Virus record (IMG/VR): IMGVR_UViG_3300045988_106581
Origin: a virus
Length of the DNA stretch: 64,000 nt
Strand: one strand, 5' to 3'
This document shows, in pieces, positions 1-10,060 of the stretch (position 1 is its first letter; each line of letters begins with the position of its first letter). A model generated the notes under the pieces. The model saw only the letters and a program-made list of their open reading frames with translations. It ran no database searches and had not been told where the DNA came from. The position numbers and the translations under genes are program-made.

Positions 1-502
1 TTTTTTGATACTCCAAGTTATCTCTGGCTTCCTCTATCATTGCAATTCTTGTTGGTTCGTCAGCAGCGAATTCAGAATGTTTTTCAATTCCATTTGCAGC
101 ACACAAGTATTGAGAAATTGTTTCATACACCACATAGTCAATACGAGTGTCCGTAAGTCTGTTGTGCAAGACGATTTCACCACTTATGTTATCTTTTGCC
201 ATCATAAACCCAGAAGTATCCATAGCGCCAAGCAAAATAGACATGTCCTGATTTTTATTGCCTATAAAAAGTTGCCGGAACATTTCAAAATCCGAAACCT
301 TCTGCCAATCAACCCCAACAGAGTCAAGCTGTGCTTTATAATCGCTTGATGTAGAACAGAATAAGTAAACCAACTGAAAATACTTTTGCTCACCATAATC
401 GATAATATCACCAACAGACGGCATGTGAATCGTAATTTTGTCATTGATTTTAAAATCTCTTCCACGCATCAAACTTGGCTCATACAGTTCTCGAAGTTCC
501 AT
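1..502 (-). CDS. hypothetical virion-module protein, partial (C-terminus beyond left edge)
   Basis: ATG at 502-500 overlaps the TGA of the upstream gene (ATGA). The frame stays open to position 1 (MELRELYEPSLMRGRDFKIND...). It is missing from the ORF track because there is no stop in the window. Confidence 0.55.
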   Translation of the reverse strand, partial: MELRELYEPSLMRGRDFKINDKITIHMPSVGDIIDYGEQKYFQLVYLFCSTSSDYKAQLDSVGVDWQKVSDFEMFRQLFIGNKNQDMSILLGAMDTSGFMMAKDNISGEIVLHNRLTDTRIDYVVYETISQYLCAANGIEKHSEFAADEPTRIAMIEEARDNLEYQK

Positions 503-981
503 CAACCACACCCCACAAGGTCATCCAGATCCTGCGTCTTGAACGTCATGATTCTCACACGATGGTGTAAATCCATGTTGTCCTCGATGTTGGATGTGAT
601 TTTAAGTTGCTTGATTCCAAAAATTGTACTGCCGTGTAATTCTTTCTCTACAAGACCACTCAGATAGTCAACTCGTGTTGCACCGCCATGACCTTTCATC
701 TTCATCAACGCTTGATTCACAATAACCCACACAGTAAGTGTAAAGTTCTCATACCAATCGTTGACATTGCTGCGGTCGATCATGTTTACCTTAAAACAAA
801 TATAGCTGTGTGCTGCCTCAATCGTGTCGGGAATATGGAAGTATGGGAAGATATATGTATAAATCGCCTCGTCAGGCTCTTCAATATCGTCATTACCCAT
901 TGCTTCAACAAGTCCTTCCGTATTGACCAGCTTTAAAGCCAATTTGTTTTTGTAGTCAGTAATCAATTCACTCGTTGTCAC
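502..981 (-). CDS. hypothetical virion-module protein (159 aa)
   Basis: ORF track. It overlaps its neighbours by a few nt within the late operon. Confidence 0.6.
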   Translation of the reverse strand: MTTSELITDYKNKLALKLVNTEGLVEAMGNDDIEEPDEAIYTYIFPYFHIPDTIEAAHSYICFKVNMIDRSNVNDWYENFTLTVWVIVNQALMKMKGHGGATRVDYLSGLVEKELHGSTIFGIKQLKITSNIEDNMDLHHRVRIMTFKTQDLDDLVGCG

Positions 982-2003
982 AGCAAACTCACCACCTTAC
1001 ATTCGATAGATGTATTTGCCGTACCATCTGCATTTGTCAAAGAAATCCTAACAGTTGCACCGTCCATGATACTATTATTCAAAATACGAATTTTGAAAAC
1101 ATCATCCGTAGCAACCTGTGTTTCAACAAAGCTCTTGAACTCATCAAGGCAAATAAAACTCCACTTTGCAACTTCCGCAACCTCTTCACCCGTAACGCTT
1201 GTGAACACCGGAGTGAACTTTTTCCAAGAGCCACCAACACGAACTTCCGGCTTGCCTGCATACTTAATAGTAGCTGTTACCTGAGAACCCGCATCCGGCT
1301 TATCACTCTTATTGGGCTCAAAATAATCACAAATCATCTTCTCAGCATTATCAGTCTTACTGTTATACTGATCCTGCCGGATATTCAACACAAGGAACCC
1401 CTGTGTCTTGCCATGCAGTTCATAACGCTCTGTGCTCTGATCAACAGAAGTCGTAACATACGTTTTAGGTTCGCCATTGATGATTTCCAGCATAAAACGC
1501 TTATCAAGGTCGATCAGTGCGGTCTCGTCATCAAAAGGCATCTGCACTTTATACTCACGTTGACTCAATGAAGTCATAACGATTTCCTTATTATTTGCGT
1601 AATAAGGCTTGCTCAGCGTTGCCCAACGAGAGACTATCTCACCAGTAATCGGATTTTGCCATTGGATCTGGCGGTTACACAGCTCCATCTTACCACGAAG
1701 AAAAATTTCATCGTTTGGTTCAATCTCAGTTACCAGCCATTTACAGTTGTAACAGTCAACAATATCACCAAGATTCAAAGAATCGCCAGGATAAGCCTAG
1801 ATTTTCTTTTCTTTAGCAATACTATTACTGCGACTAACAACCAGCTTCTGAGGTAAGCCATTCACAAGAGTATTATCCTCATAATCAACACTATCCTTGA
1901 AGTGTGCAGCGAAGTCACGTTTTGCAAAAGCAATTTTTATATCTTTTTTGTTAGACATTTTTGCGGCACCGCCAACAGCTCGCGCCCTCGTATAAAAGTC
2001 CAT
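978..2003 (-). CDS. putative virion/tail protein read through an in-frame TAG (1797-1799). Alternatively two ORFs, 1797..2003 and 978..1778
   Basis: AAGGAGG lies 7 nt before the ATG at 2003. ORFs 1797..2003 and 978..1778 share one frame and are separated only by a TAG plus 18 nt with no other stop. The downstream ORF has no SD and only a TTG start. Confidence 0.5.
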
Positions 2004-2015
2004 CGGTATACCTCC

Positions 2016-2516
2016 TTACTCAGAGTAGGAAGCGTATGTATCATAGTCGATGGTCTTACGCTTACGGGTTGAGCGGTCTTTTGCCATATAGTTGTCTAAC
2101 ATCGTCATATTCTCCTCGTGAATGTCTTTTACAAGAGCACGAATACTCGTGCGCTCATTGGCAGGGGAGAATACCTGTAAACTCGTAGGAAGGTCCTGTG
2201 CGCTAAATGCTTTCAACTTTCCAAACTCACGCTTAAAATGTTGCTCCAACATCAAATGCGCTAACATATCAATCTCATCGAATGTGAGATCTGAATTAAA
2301 CTCTTCTAGTTCTGAATCGTAATCATCGAAACTAAAATCCTCTTCCGGTTCAATGTTTCTGGTAATCACAGAAAGTGACTCCATCAAATAACTTTTTGCA
2401 CGGTCATGTACAAGATCTCGCACTTCATTCTCGGTTAAGTCGAAATACTGAAAGAAATTACTATCAGTTTCGACCAGCTCGTAGAACTTGTCGTATATTT
2501 CTGAAAATGCGGTCAC
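2016..2516 (-). CDS. hypothetical head/tail-joining module protein (166 aa)
   Basis: ORF track, with its position in the late operon. Confidence 0.55.
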   Translation of the reverse strand: MTAFSEIYDKFYELVETDSNFFQYFDLTENEVRDLVHDRAKSYLMESLSVITRNIEPEEDFSFDDYDSELEEFNSDLTFDEIDMLAHLMLEQHFKREFGKLKAFSAQDLPTSLQVFSPANERTSIRALVKDIHEENMTMLDNYMAKDRSTRKRKTIDYDTYASYSE

Positions 2517-2531
2517 ACTATCCCTCCAATC

Positions 2532-3233
2532 TTACTCGGCGGGAACGACCTCCGCCTTTTCTGCCTCTGCCTTCTTACGGCCACGCTTAACAGTAGTCTT
2601 TTTTACAGAATTATCCGGTGCAACAGTCTGTTCACCTGCCATAATAGCCTGCACCTGTACCATCATAGCCTGCATCTGTTTCTGCATTTCAGCCATCTGA
2701 TTCTTTGCAGTTTCAAGCTCTGCCTGAACATTATCAGCAGGCTTGGTCGCAGGTACAACAGACAGCTCACTATTACGCTTGCCAGCACGGAGCTCCTTAT
2801 AACGCTCGTCAATCAGGCGCTTTACCTTAGTAGACAGGTCTTCACCGGCATTGGTCATACGATAAAAACGACCACGAATACGCTCAAACTGAGCGCCATC
2901 CTTAATGTCAATCATACGCTGAAGATTTTCGACAGTGGGATTCAGAATCGCATCATCGATATCTTCAATGAATAAAACATCGTCACCCTTAATGCCAATA
3001 GCATCGAAAATTTCATTCTGCTCTTCAGGGCGAAAACGCAGAACACCATTCTTGAACGCAGAACAAGTGCTGTTCATATACATGATCTCTTCCGGCGGAA
3101 TAGGAATCACACAAGGCTCTTCCACACTACCGGGCTCGAAAGTATAGCCCTTACCGTTCAGTGACGAAATGGTAACCACGTTATCGTCGCAGTTCAGAAC
3201 GTCAATAAACTTCTTTTCCATCACGGAACTCAT
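2532..3233 (-). CDS. hypothetical structural-module protein with a K/A/E-rich C-terminus (233 aa)
   Basis: ORF track. It lies immediately downstream of the capsid gene and its terminator. Confidence 0.55.
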   Translation of the reverse strand: MSSVMEKKFIDVLNCDDNVVTISSLNGKGYTFEPGSVEEPCVIPIPPEEIMYMNSTCSAFKNGVLRFRPEEQNEIFDAIGIKGDDVLFIEDIDDAILNPTVENLQRMIDIKDGAQFERIRGRFYRMTNAGEDLSTKVKRLIDERYKELRAGKRNSELSVVPATKPADNVQAELETAKNQMAEMQKQMQAMMVQVQAIMAGEQTVAPDNSVKKTTVKRGRKKAEAEKAEVVPAE

Positions 3234-3250
3234 AATTTTGTCTCCTTTTC

Positions 3251-3279
3251 TATAAAAGCGGAGACCGCAAAGTCTCCGC
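3251..3279 (-). terminator. rho-independent terminator after the capsid gene
   Basis: On the minus strand: GCGGAGAC-tttgcg-GTCTCCGC followed by TTTTATAG. Confidence 0.7.
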
Positions 3280-3311
3280 CCAGATTTGCCTTTGGTAAAA
3301 CTAATGATTTA

Positions 3312-4310
3312 TCACTTAGACAGGACAATCTTAGCCACACGCTCAGGATGAGCAATGCTATAACCATAAGAGAAGTCCTTCAGCATCAGGTGAACCTTCT
3401 CGTTGTTGTTGTCGTAATCCTCGTAAGTATGAGTCTCACCCTTCATGTCAAGGTTACCCACGACACCAGCAATACCGAAGATGCGCTTGTCTGGGATCAG
3501 CATAGAGCCATCGCCAAGACGCTTTGCGGAGCTGACACCAGTGATAGCCACGCCATCATAGGTCTTAACCAGACCATAACGATTGAACTCGTCCTTAGCT
3601 GCGTCAGACAGGTACTGAGCATAGCCAGTCATACGACGCATCTTAGCACAATACTTCTGCAGGCTGACAGTAAAGGGGTTTGCACCATCTGCATACTCAT
3701 TCAGATACAGAGTCAGAGCATCCATTGCCTCCATAGTGGGCTCTGCACCAGTGACATCAATCTTCTGAGAACCACCAGTGATCATATCATCAACAGTATT
3801 GAAGATATCATAGAACATCTTATTCTTCAGAGACTCGCTCATAAAGGTAGTCAGAGTGGCAATAGACTTCCAACCATTGCGACGAATTTCCATAAACGAA
3901 ATGTCCGTTTCAACCTGAATATTCTTCCAAACAGGCTTAATGACCTCATAGTGCAGGTAGGACTTCGGTACGTTGCCGCCCTTAGCAGCCTCGTGAGCTA
4001 CCAAAGTATTGCGGATTGTACGACCTGCCTGATAATCGTCATTTTCACTGATAGTGCCACGATCAAACATAGCATCCAGCAACTCGTCAGGTGCATTGTA
4101 GGTGTCGTCAGTCACGGTACGATTCACAAACTGTGCAATCTCCTTATCTGGGTCACCCTTGTCAATCAGCTCGTTAATGTGTGCCTCACAAACCTCGGCA
4201 ATCTCCTTGTCCTCGGCATCCATGGGCAGATTATACTGAGTCTTCTCAGCAACACTATAAACACGACCAGGCTTCTTCATCAGCTCGGCCACTTCAATAT
4301 TCAGTGCCAT
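3312..4310 (-). CDS. putative major capsid protein (332 aa)
   Basis: Size and position (portal, then scaffold, then small protein, then this gene), flanked by terminator hairpins. No motif was verified. Confidence 0.6.
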   Translation of the reverse strand: MALNIEVAELMKKPGRVYSVAEKTQYNLPMDAEDKEIAEVCEAHINELIDKGDPDKEIAQFVNRTVTDDTYNAPDELLDAMFDRGTISENDDYQAGRTIRNTLVAHEAAKGGNVPKSYLHYEVIKPVWKNIQVETDISFMEIRRNGWKSIATLTTFMSESLKNKMFYDIFNTVDDMITGGSQKIDVTGAEPTMEAMDALTLYLNEYADGANPFTVSLQKYCAKMRRMTGYAQYLSDAAKDEFNRYGLVKTYDGVAITGVSSAKRLGDGSMLIPDKRIFGIAGVVGNLDMKGETHTYEDYDNNNEKVHLMLKDFSYGYSIAHPERVAKIVLSK

Positions 4311-4334
4311 AATTCATTTCCTTTCTCTTCGCGC

Positions 4335-4365
4335 GAAAATAAAAGCCGTCGCTCGAAAGTGACGG
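4335..4365 (-). terminator. hairpin terminator between the decoration-like gene and the capsid gene
   Basis: CCGTC...GACGG stem followed by CTTTTATTTT on the minus strand. Confidence 0.55.
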
Positions 4366-4407
4366 TTTTAAATCTCACGTATCATATTTCTCAGCTTAAA
4401 TTTTCAG

Positions 4408-4875
4408 TCAAGCAACAGTCTTTGCAACATCCAGCACACGAATAACAATCAGCTTGTGGCCGTTGTCATCCATAATGTCATGCAGCTCATAACGAGACGC
4501 ACCAGTAGCAACATCCCACTTGCCGTCAGTACCAACCTTCAGCACCTTACCCTTATTGCCATCGACAGCAATACCGGAAACATACTGATCAGTACCGTAC
4601 TGCTCACCAACATACATAGGAACCAGCTTAACAAACTGGTTTGCCTTAATGGCAGTGACCATCTCATCATAGTCATCAAAATTGGTCAGACTAGAATAGA
4701 TGCCCTCCGGGTTAAACTCATGTGCAACAATATACAGGTCATCAGAGGTCTCAGCAGAAGGCAGAACAACTTCGCCCTTAACCAGCTGAACACCCATACC
4801 GGTGACCATAGCGACCTTTGCGGCATAGTTAGCGGGAATATTCTTCGCGCCGTTCACCATCAGTTCACGAATCAT
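4408..4875 (-). CDS. hypothetical head protein (decoration- or scaffold-like, 155 aa)
   Basis: ORF track. It lies between the scaffold/protease gene and the capsid gene. Confidence 0.5.
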   Translation of the reverse strand: MIRELMVNGAKNIPANYAAKVAMVTGMGVQLVKGEVVLPSAETSDDLYIVAHEFNPEGIYSSLTNFDDYDEMVTAIKANQFVKLVPMYVGEQYGTDQYVSGIAVDGNKGKVLKVGTDGKWDVATGASRYELHDIMDDNGHKLIVIRVLDVAKTVA

Positions 4876-4902
4876 AATATTTTTCCTTTCTCTTAAATGT
4901 TA

Positions 4903-6450
4903 TTACTTACCCAAATATTCCCGCCATGCGTCACGCTTGTTAGCGTTAGTGGTGTTATACTTGGTTTCATTCAAATTCAGCTTGATACTCTCAGGCTTAT
5001 GTACCTCAGAGGTTTCAATCTTCTTTTCAGCAGGAGCCTTCTTGGCGGCTTCAACGCAACGCTCGGCAATCACACTCTTTATGCCGGTCTCGTCCAAATT
5101 CTCAATCAGACTTGCGTAATTGCCACCCTCGGAAACTTCAGCTTCAGTAATCATCTTGCTGGAGAGTGCGTACTGACGCAGATCCTCCTTCTTCTGTGCA
5201 AGCTCTGCAGCCGCCCTTTCTGCCTCTGCCTTCTCTGCCTGGTCCTTATATGGAGCCAGAAAAGCAACCTCTTCCTTTGCACTCTGCAGCTCAGTGTTCA
5301 GACTTGCAATAGTGTTATTCAGCTCCGCAATCTTGGTATTAACATCAGAAATAGAAACAGTCAAAGTGATATTCTGCGGCTCGCCAAGAGAAACTTCATC
5401 GCCCTCAACAGTATAAGGGAACATAATGTAATCCAGCTCGTTCATGTATCCCCACTTCTTGCACCAGATAGTGTGATCTTCAGGGAACACATCAGTCATG
5501 TAGTAATCAGAGCTAATCTTTGACACTGCATCTTCAAGCTTCATATACAGATCACGACCAGTCAGACTGGAAGTTTCTGGAGCGGGTTCAGGCTCACCAG
5601 CAGGCTCAGTCGGGGGAGGGGTTTCACCGCCTTCCTCGGAAGTCTGAACGTTAGGCTCTGCCGAAGTGGTGGGCTCAGTGGTAGACTCAATAGCGGTCTT
5701 TTCTGCCTGCTCAGTATTGGTTGGATTCTCAACCTGTGCGGTCTGAGTCTCCTTGTCCTTATTCAGTTCCAAATTTTTTGCCTCCTTTTCATTAGATTCT
5801 ATATTTGAAATCTCTTTTGTGTCCTCGATATAGGCATTTGCCAATTCAAGACCAAAATCGGTTTCAGCGACTTCAAGCAGTTTAGAGCACTTATATGCCG
5901 GTTCAACATTTGCACCAAGTAAGCAATGTGCAGTAAACACGCCATCGTCAATAATTTTTGCCATGCGGCCACCCACAATTCCCTTATGAGCTTTCAGCAC
6001 ATCGATTTCCCAACTGGTATTTAATGTGCCGCTCTCAATACGGCGTAGAATCGTCGCACAAGCCTTCGGATATCGCTTCCAGATCTTACAAGAGGCAACA
6101 ATAAAGTCGGTATCGTCAATTTTCTCGATACCGACCGACTGAAAACTACCGAATGCATCAGTGTCAAATTCAGCAGTTTTGTATTCATTGCCATCATCGT
6201 CTTTTCTGGTGACGACTTTCATATTGTGACCAGAAAAATCTAGTTCGCCCTTTGGAGCTACGACCAACTTACCAACAAGCGGGTTGCCAACCAATGTGCT
6301 CATCCAACTTTCAATGGTGTCACGGTTCAAAGCAACCTGATTCCCATTTACTGAGAAATCACAGATGACAAACTTGGCAAGATAGTGGTCTGGATGCTCA
6401 GTAATCTCAGAGCAACAGATGTTTCTACTATAGAAATACTCCTTACTCAT
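4903..6450 (-). CDS. putative prohead protease/scaffolding fusion protein (515 aa)
   Basis: Globular N-terminal domain, a low-complexity E/P/T-rich linker and a coiled-coil C-terminal half. It lies directly downstream of the portal gene. Confidence 0.5.
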   Translation of the reverse strand: MSKEYFYSRNICCSEITEHPDHYLAKFVICDFSVNGNQVALNRDTIESWMSTLVGNPLVGKLVVAPKGELDFSGHNMKVVTRKDDDGNEYKTAEFDTDAFGSFQSVGIEKIDDTDFIVASCKIWKRYPKACATILRRIESGTLNTSWEIDVLKAHKGIVGGRMAKIIDDGVFTAHCLLGANVEPAYKCSKLLEVAETDFGLELANAYIEDTKEISNIESNEKEAKNLELNKDKETQTAQVENPTNTEQAEKTAIESTTEPTTSAEPNVQTSEEGGETPPPTEPAGEPEPAPETSSLTGRDLYMKLEDAVSKISSDYYMTDVFPEDHTIWCKKWGYMNELDYIMFPYTVEGDEVSLGEPQNITLTVSISDVNTKIAELNNTIASLNTELQSAKEEVAFLAPYKDQAEKAEAERAAAELAQKKEDLRQYALSSKMITEAEVSEGGNYASLIENLDETGIKSVIAERCVEAAKKAPAEKKIETSEVHKPESIKLNLNETKYNTTNANKRDAWREYLGK

Positions 6451-6461
6451 CGTTCATCACC

Positions 6462-8090
6462 TCACTTACTATCTTCATTTCTTTGCTGGTCATAAATTTG
6501 TTTTTCAGTTTCCTCGCCCTTTGGACGACCTGTCTTTTTATCACTGTCACTACCACCGCCGGAATTACCGGTCGATGTATAAGAGGTCTGGCGAGCCACA
6601 AATACATCGTCATAACCTTCCTCGGTTTCAGCCTGACGCTTGCGTAGTTCGTCCTCGGCATGAAGTCCCATGTACTCGTAAGCAGTCTTGTAGGAACAGT
6701 TCAAAGTGGTAAACAGGAACTGAGCAATCGCCTTCTTCATCTCCATACCCATCATTTCAGTAGTAGAGACTTTCACATCAGGGCAGTACATCAGATCTAC
6801 ACCTGCATCTTCAAGGCGAATTCGATACCATCGCTTTAATACATCTTCAATCTGTTCTGCAATCTTACCAATATTTTTCATCAGCTGGTCAAGAGACACC
6901 TTTGCAGTTGAAACAGTCTGCTGACCATCAGTGTTCAAGAAACTGATACCCAAAGCAGCCATTTCTCGGTTACGATATTGCTTAACAGTCTCAATGTTCG
7001 TCATTTCAACCTTCGGCTCAACATATTTGATGTCCTTAACATAAGGGGCAGTCGTCACAAGCACGGTATTCTGTTTCCATGCACGCAGTAGGTTGTCATG
7101 TGCCGTAACCTGTTCAGCAAAGCCCTTTTTGTCGTTGTTTGGTCCCATCAACGCAGGGTCAAGTTGCTGCCAGATGATTTTCTTTGCCTTTGCCTTAGCG
7201 TTCACACGGTCTGAAGTATCAAAAGTCTCAAGCATCAATGCCGGACGTAAGGCGCGGAATAGGGGAGAGACACCATATTTTTGCCCCATGTTGCCAATAC
7301 GAATCACACCACAATGGTCAACATCCAATTTTGCATATGTATTACCATTCTTAAACGCCTGATACACCTCATCTGGATAATTGTTTTGAATCTCGATCTC
7401 CTGATTTTCAAAGAACAGTGCTTTATTTTTCTTGTCCTTCAGCATAGATTTACTCAAAGCGGACTTCAGTTTAGACATGTTAATAAGCACAACAGGCTGT
7501 CCATTTGATAAATAATCACTTATCTCAGCAATACCAAGAGGGTAGTAGTCTACAATATAGTTTTCATCCTTCTGACGCAGATATATAATGTAAGTGCCCT
7601 CTGCGTAAGTCATCGGAATTGCAGTACGCAGCAGACTTCGCACGTTGATTTGTGCGTTGAAATCATCAATCACTTCACGGGCATAATTTACCTGTTTTGT
7701 CTTATTACGCTTCTCAGGAAACTGTGCGAAACTGCATTTGAACTCCGTATTAACATTCGCCTCAATCGCATCATAAGTAATGCCAATCAGGTCATCCTTA
7801 TTGATATAATTACGAATGATTCCATTGACCGTCTGCACATTCGTCAGGCTTGACTGCAGCCCTCGTGCAAGCTCATCAATTCGGTCAACTGTAAGTGTCT
7901 CAGAGGAGGCTGAAATTTTTAGATATGTACTATATTGCTTATTTTCAGGGTCATAAGACGCAACTGCATTTCGGATGACGCTATTCATTCTCTCTTCTGA
8001 AAGCTCATTCAAAGAAGTAATAACAACAGTACCATCATCTGTCTGTGAAGCAGTCACGACATCAAAATCTTCTTTTTTCTTTCTTGCCAC
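6462..8090 (-). CDS. putative portal protein (542 aa)
   Basis: Size, with its position immediately downstream of terL. GTG start preceded by GAGGGGGG. Confidence 0.6.
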   Translation of the reverse strand: MARKKKEDFDVVTASQTDDGTVVITSLNELSEERMNSVIRNAVASYDPENKQYSTYLKISASSETLTVDRIDELARGLQSSLTNVQTVNGIIRNYINKDDLIGITYDAIEANVNTEFKCSFAQFPEKRNKTKQVNYAREVIDDFNAQINVRSLLRTAIPMTYAEGTYIIYLRQKDENYIVDYYPLGIAEISDYLSNGQPVVLINMSKLKSALSKSMLKDKKNKALFFENQEIEIQNNYPDEVYQAFKNGNTYAKLDVDHCGVIRIGNMGQKYGVSPLFRALRPALMLETFDTSDRVNAKAKAKKIIWQQLDPALMGPNNDKKGFAEQVTAHDNLLRAWKQNTVLVTTAPYVKDIKYVEPKVEMTNIETVKQYRNREMAALGISFLNTDGQQTVSTAKVSLDQLMKNIGKIAEQIEDVLKRWYRIRLEDAGVDLMYCPDVKVSTTEMMGMEMKKAIAQFLFTTLNCSYKTAYEYMGLHAEDELRKRQAETEEGYDDVFVARQTSYTSTGNSGGGSDSDKKTGRPKGEETEKQIYDQQRNEDSK

Positions 8091-8107
8091 ATTTTCACCC
8101 CCTCTGC

Positions 8108-9652
8108 TTAGAAGTCAATGTTAGAAATACAAATCGGCGGAGCAGTCATTGTCTCCACCGCAGACTGGCGCACTTTATCCTTACGACGTAATTCATATAG
8201 ACGATGAGCTAAAAGCACCATTGTGTACGCGCGGTCATCTTTCATTTTATTGGCGCGGTCTGGTGGTAACGCATAAGTTACAGAAGTGTTTTCGGGATTT
8301 GTGGTTTTCTGCATACTTGTAATCTCATTTTTCATAAGGTCAATGTTCACCCATGCCGTTTGCTCATCTAAAGACAGCTCGTGCGTTTTCAAAATTTCCT
8401 GACCAGTTGCCTTATCTACACCATCCACAACCTGAACGTAATCTCCACCGTTATATTCAAGAGGAAAGTGGATAACACCAAGATTCATCAATTCAATAAG
8501 CTCTTCAAACATGATGGAACGAAATTTACGCGGGCTAATCAAACGCAATTTGTCTACGGCGTCAGGATAACGAGCGTCATACCCTTCGTAAAGCTCATGA
8601 TTTGCATCAATAAATCCACGATGTTCTGTGCCGGATTTGTCAGTCCAGTTATTTAGCAAACCGTCTGCATAAGTAGAAGTACCGCCGCCGCCTGCGCCTT
8701 GATCAATCATTAACGAATCAATATACTCATAGTCTGGGTTCTGTCCGTTGTAATGAAGAATCAATTCACGCAACTCCTCGATTTGACGGTTTGAGTCCAT
8801 CTTGTATTTTTTTGAATTCGCTAAATCAACCATATTTACACAGTTGATGATATCGCCGCACATACCATTTTCTGGGTCATTATAAATACGCATAATTGAT
8901 ACGATAGAGTTATCCATAGTACGAGCAGGGTCAAAAGCAATCACATACTTATATTGCTTGTCCCAGTATAACTGCGGTAAGTATTTACGCTCATTACGGC
9001 GAACCGTACCCCACTTAACAATCTGATTTACACCGCCATCGCGGGATGGTTTATTATAATATTCACGCATTGCCTTCTCGTGCGCGGATTTTAAAGCTGC
9101 TTCAACCTTATCTCTTGTAAGCAGAGCTTTGTATGGTTTACCATTCATGTAGACCTGAATTGCAACATCGCAAATCATGTCACAAACAAAATAATCGCGG
9201 TCACCAGCAATCATTCGTTTTGCAAAGTTTTTGTAATACTTATAAAAAAGCTTCTCCATAGTATCTTGACTAGAAGCATATACGAGCTGTGTAGGTACTT
9301 TTCGAGGTTGAGTGTCTGGGTTATAAGAATCATTTGTATCGGTGACGAAATCCGTATTCTGTGTTGCAAAAGCTTCACAAACAGTAATTAACTCATCAGA
9401 GCAAAACGCCGCTTCATCAAAGAACACAAGAGTGGCTCTGCGCGAGCGATTGGCATCCGGATTGGAGTTCAATGTATTTATGGAACTACCGTTATAAAAT
9501 TCAACAACGTACCCGGCGGGATTATGACTAAATCCGCTTTTGTTAGTTGGAGATTTAACAGTTTCTTTTTCTGCAATGTCCGTTAAACTACGAATAGACG
9601 CTGCTGTTTTACCAACACGAGTTACAATTTCTTCTATCTTATTAAAAGTTTC
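8108..9652 (-). CDS. terL: terminase large subunit, exon 2 (Walker B and nuclease domain)
   Basis: The frame is open from 9655. It reads ...ETFNKIEEIVTRVGK...VVEFYNGSSINTLNSNPD...ATLVFFDEAAF (Walker B-like), but has no start codon of its own until the TTG at 9472. Confidence 0.75.
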   Translation of the reverse strand, partial: ETFNKIEEIVTRVGKTAASIRSLTDIAEKETVKSPTNKSGFSHNPAGYVVEFYNGSSINTLNSNPDANRSRRATLVFFDEAAFCSDELITVCEAFATQNTDFVTDTNDSYNPDTQPRKVPTQLVYASSQDTMEKLFYKYYKNFAKRMIAGDRDYFVCDMICDVAIQVYMNGKPYKALLTRDKVEAALKSAHEKAMREYYNKPSRDGGVNQIVKWGTVRRNERKYLPQLYWDKQYKYVIAFDPARTMDNSIVSIMRIYNDPENGMCGDIINCVNMVDLANSKKYKMDSNRQIEELRELILHYNGQNPDYEYIDSLMIDQGAGGGGTSTYADGLLNNWTDKSGTEHRGFIDANHELYEGYDARYPDAVDKLRLISPRKFRSIMFEELIELMNLGVIHFPLEYNGGDYVQVVDGVDKATGQEILKTHELSLDEQTAWVNIDLMKNEITSMQKTTNPENTSVTYALPPDRANKMKDDRAYTMVLLAHRLYELRRKDKVRQSAVETMTAPPICISNIDF

Positions 9653-10060
9653 CGATTATATAAATTAAAATTTAATGTACATCGCAACTGCACACTGCCG
9701 CATAAAACGGCCACACAATTTCTTGTCGTGCGTAGACTATTTCATCATCCAAATATAATTTGGAGCTTGATTTTTCCTCCGCCATAAGCTTGCGGTTTTA
9801 CTCTCCCACAAGGAGATAGTCGTTGAACCTTACCCTGTCATATAGACGTTACGGGCAGTGGCTGCATGAACATGGATTATTACGAGCTTTAGCACGCCAT
9901 AAAACGCTTTTATTTCAGCATAGCTCATCTCTACGTTTTTTCCGCTTTCGCACATTTACGTTTACCGTTTTCGATTCCGCTTTAGTGTAGAGCTTTACCA
10001 ATTACCTGCAATTAACCAAGAAGCACACACACATCTCTGTATATGTGAGGCAACTACCTT
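9653..10060 (-). other. group I intron (no ORF) interrupting terL
   Basis: It separates the Walker A exon from the Walker B exon and carries stop codons. It has an R-like element GGTTCAACGACTAT (reverse complement of 9816-9829) and an S-like element AAATAGTCTACG (reverse complement of 9731-9742), giving the P7 pairing GACTA/TAGTC. The 5' exon ends in U (..CAGAGU) and the intron ends in G (..AAUCG). Confidence 0.65.

Noticed and set aside
3348-4445. Long antisense ORFs opposite confident genes. Examples: 3348..4445 (+) opposite the capsid gene, 50521..51510 (-) opposite Pnkp, 58241..59041 (-), 17198..17950 (+), 25061..25858 (-), 33517..34203 (-), 57040..57588 (-) and 61440..61979 (-).
   Set aside because: They lie entirely within, and antisense to, genes with recognisable motifs or SD-led starts. 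Their products are low-complexity or Leu/Ile/Ser-rich, and they lack SD sites. They are typical shadow ORFs.
6443-6661. ORF 6443..6661 (-), and similar small ORFs overlapping gene ends in other frames.
   Set aside because: It lies out of frame inside the 3' end of the portal gene, with no SD.
9473-10060. An intein or a homing-endonuclease ORF as the terL insertion.
   Set aside because: The insert has stops in the terL frame and no ORF of useful length on either strand. The R/S-like elements fit an ORF-less group I intron.
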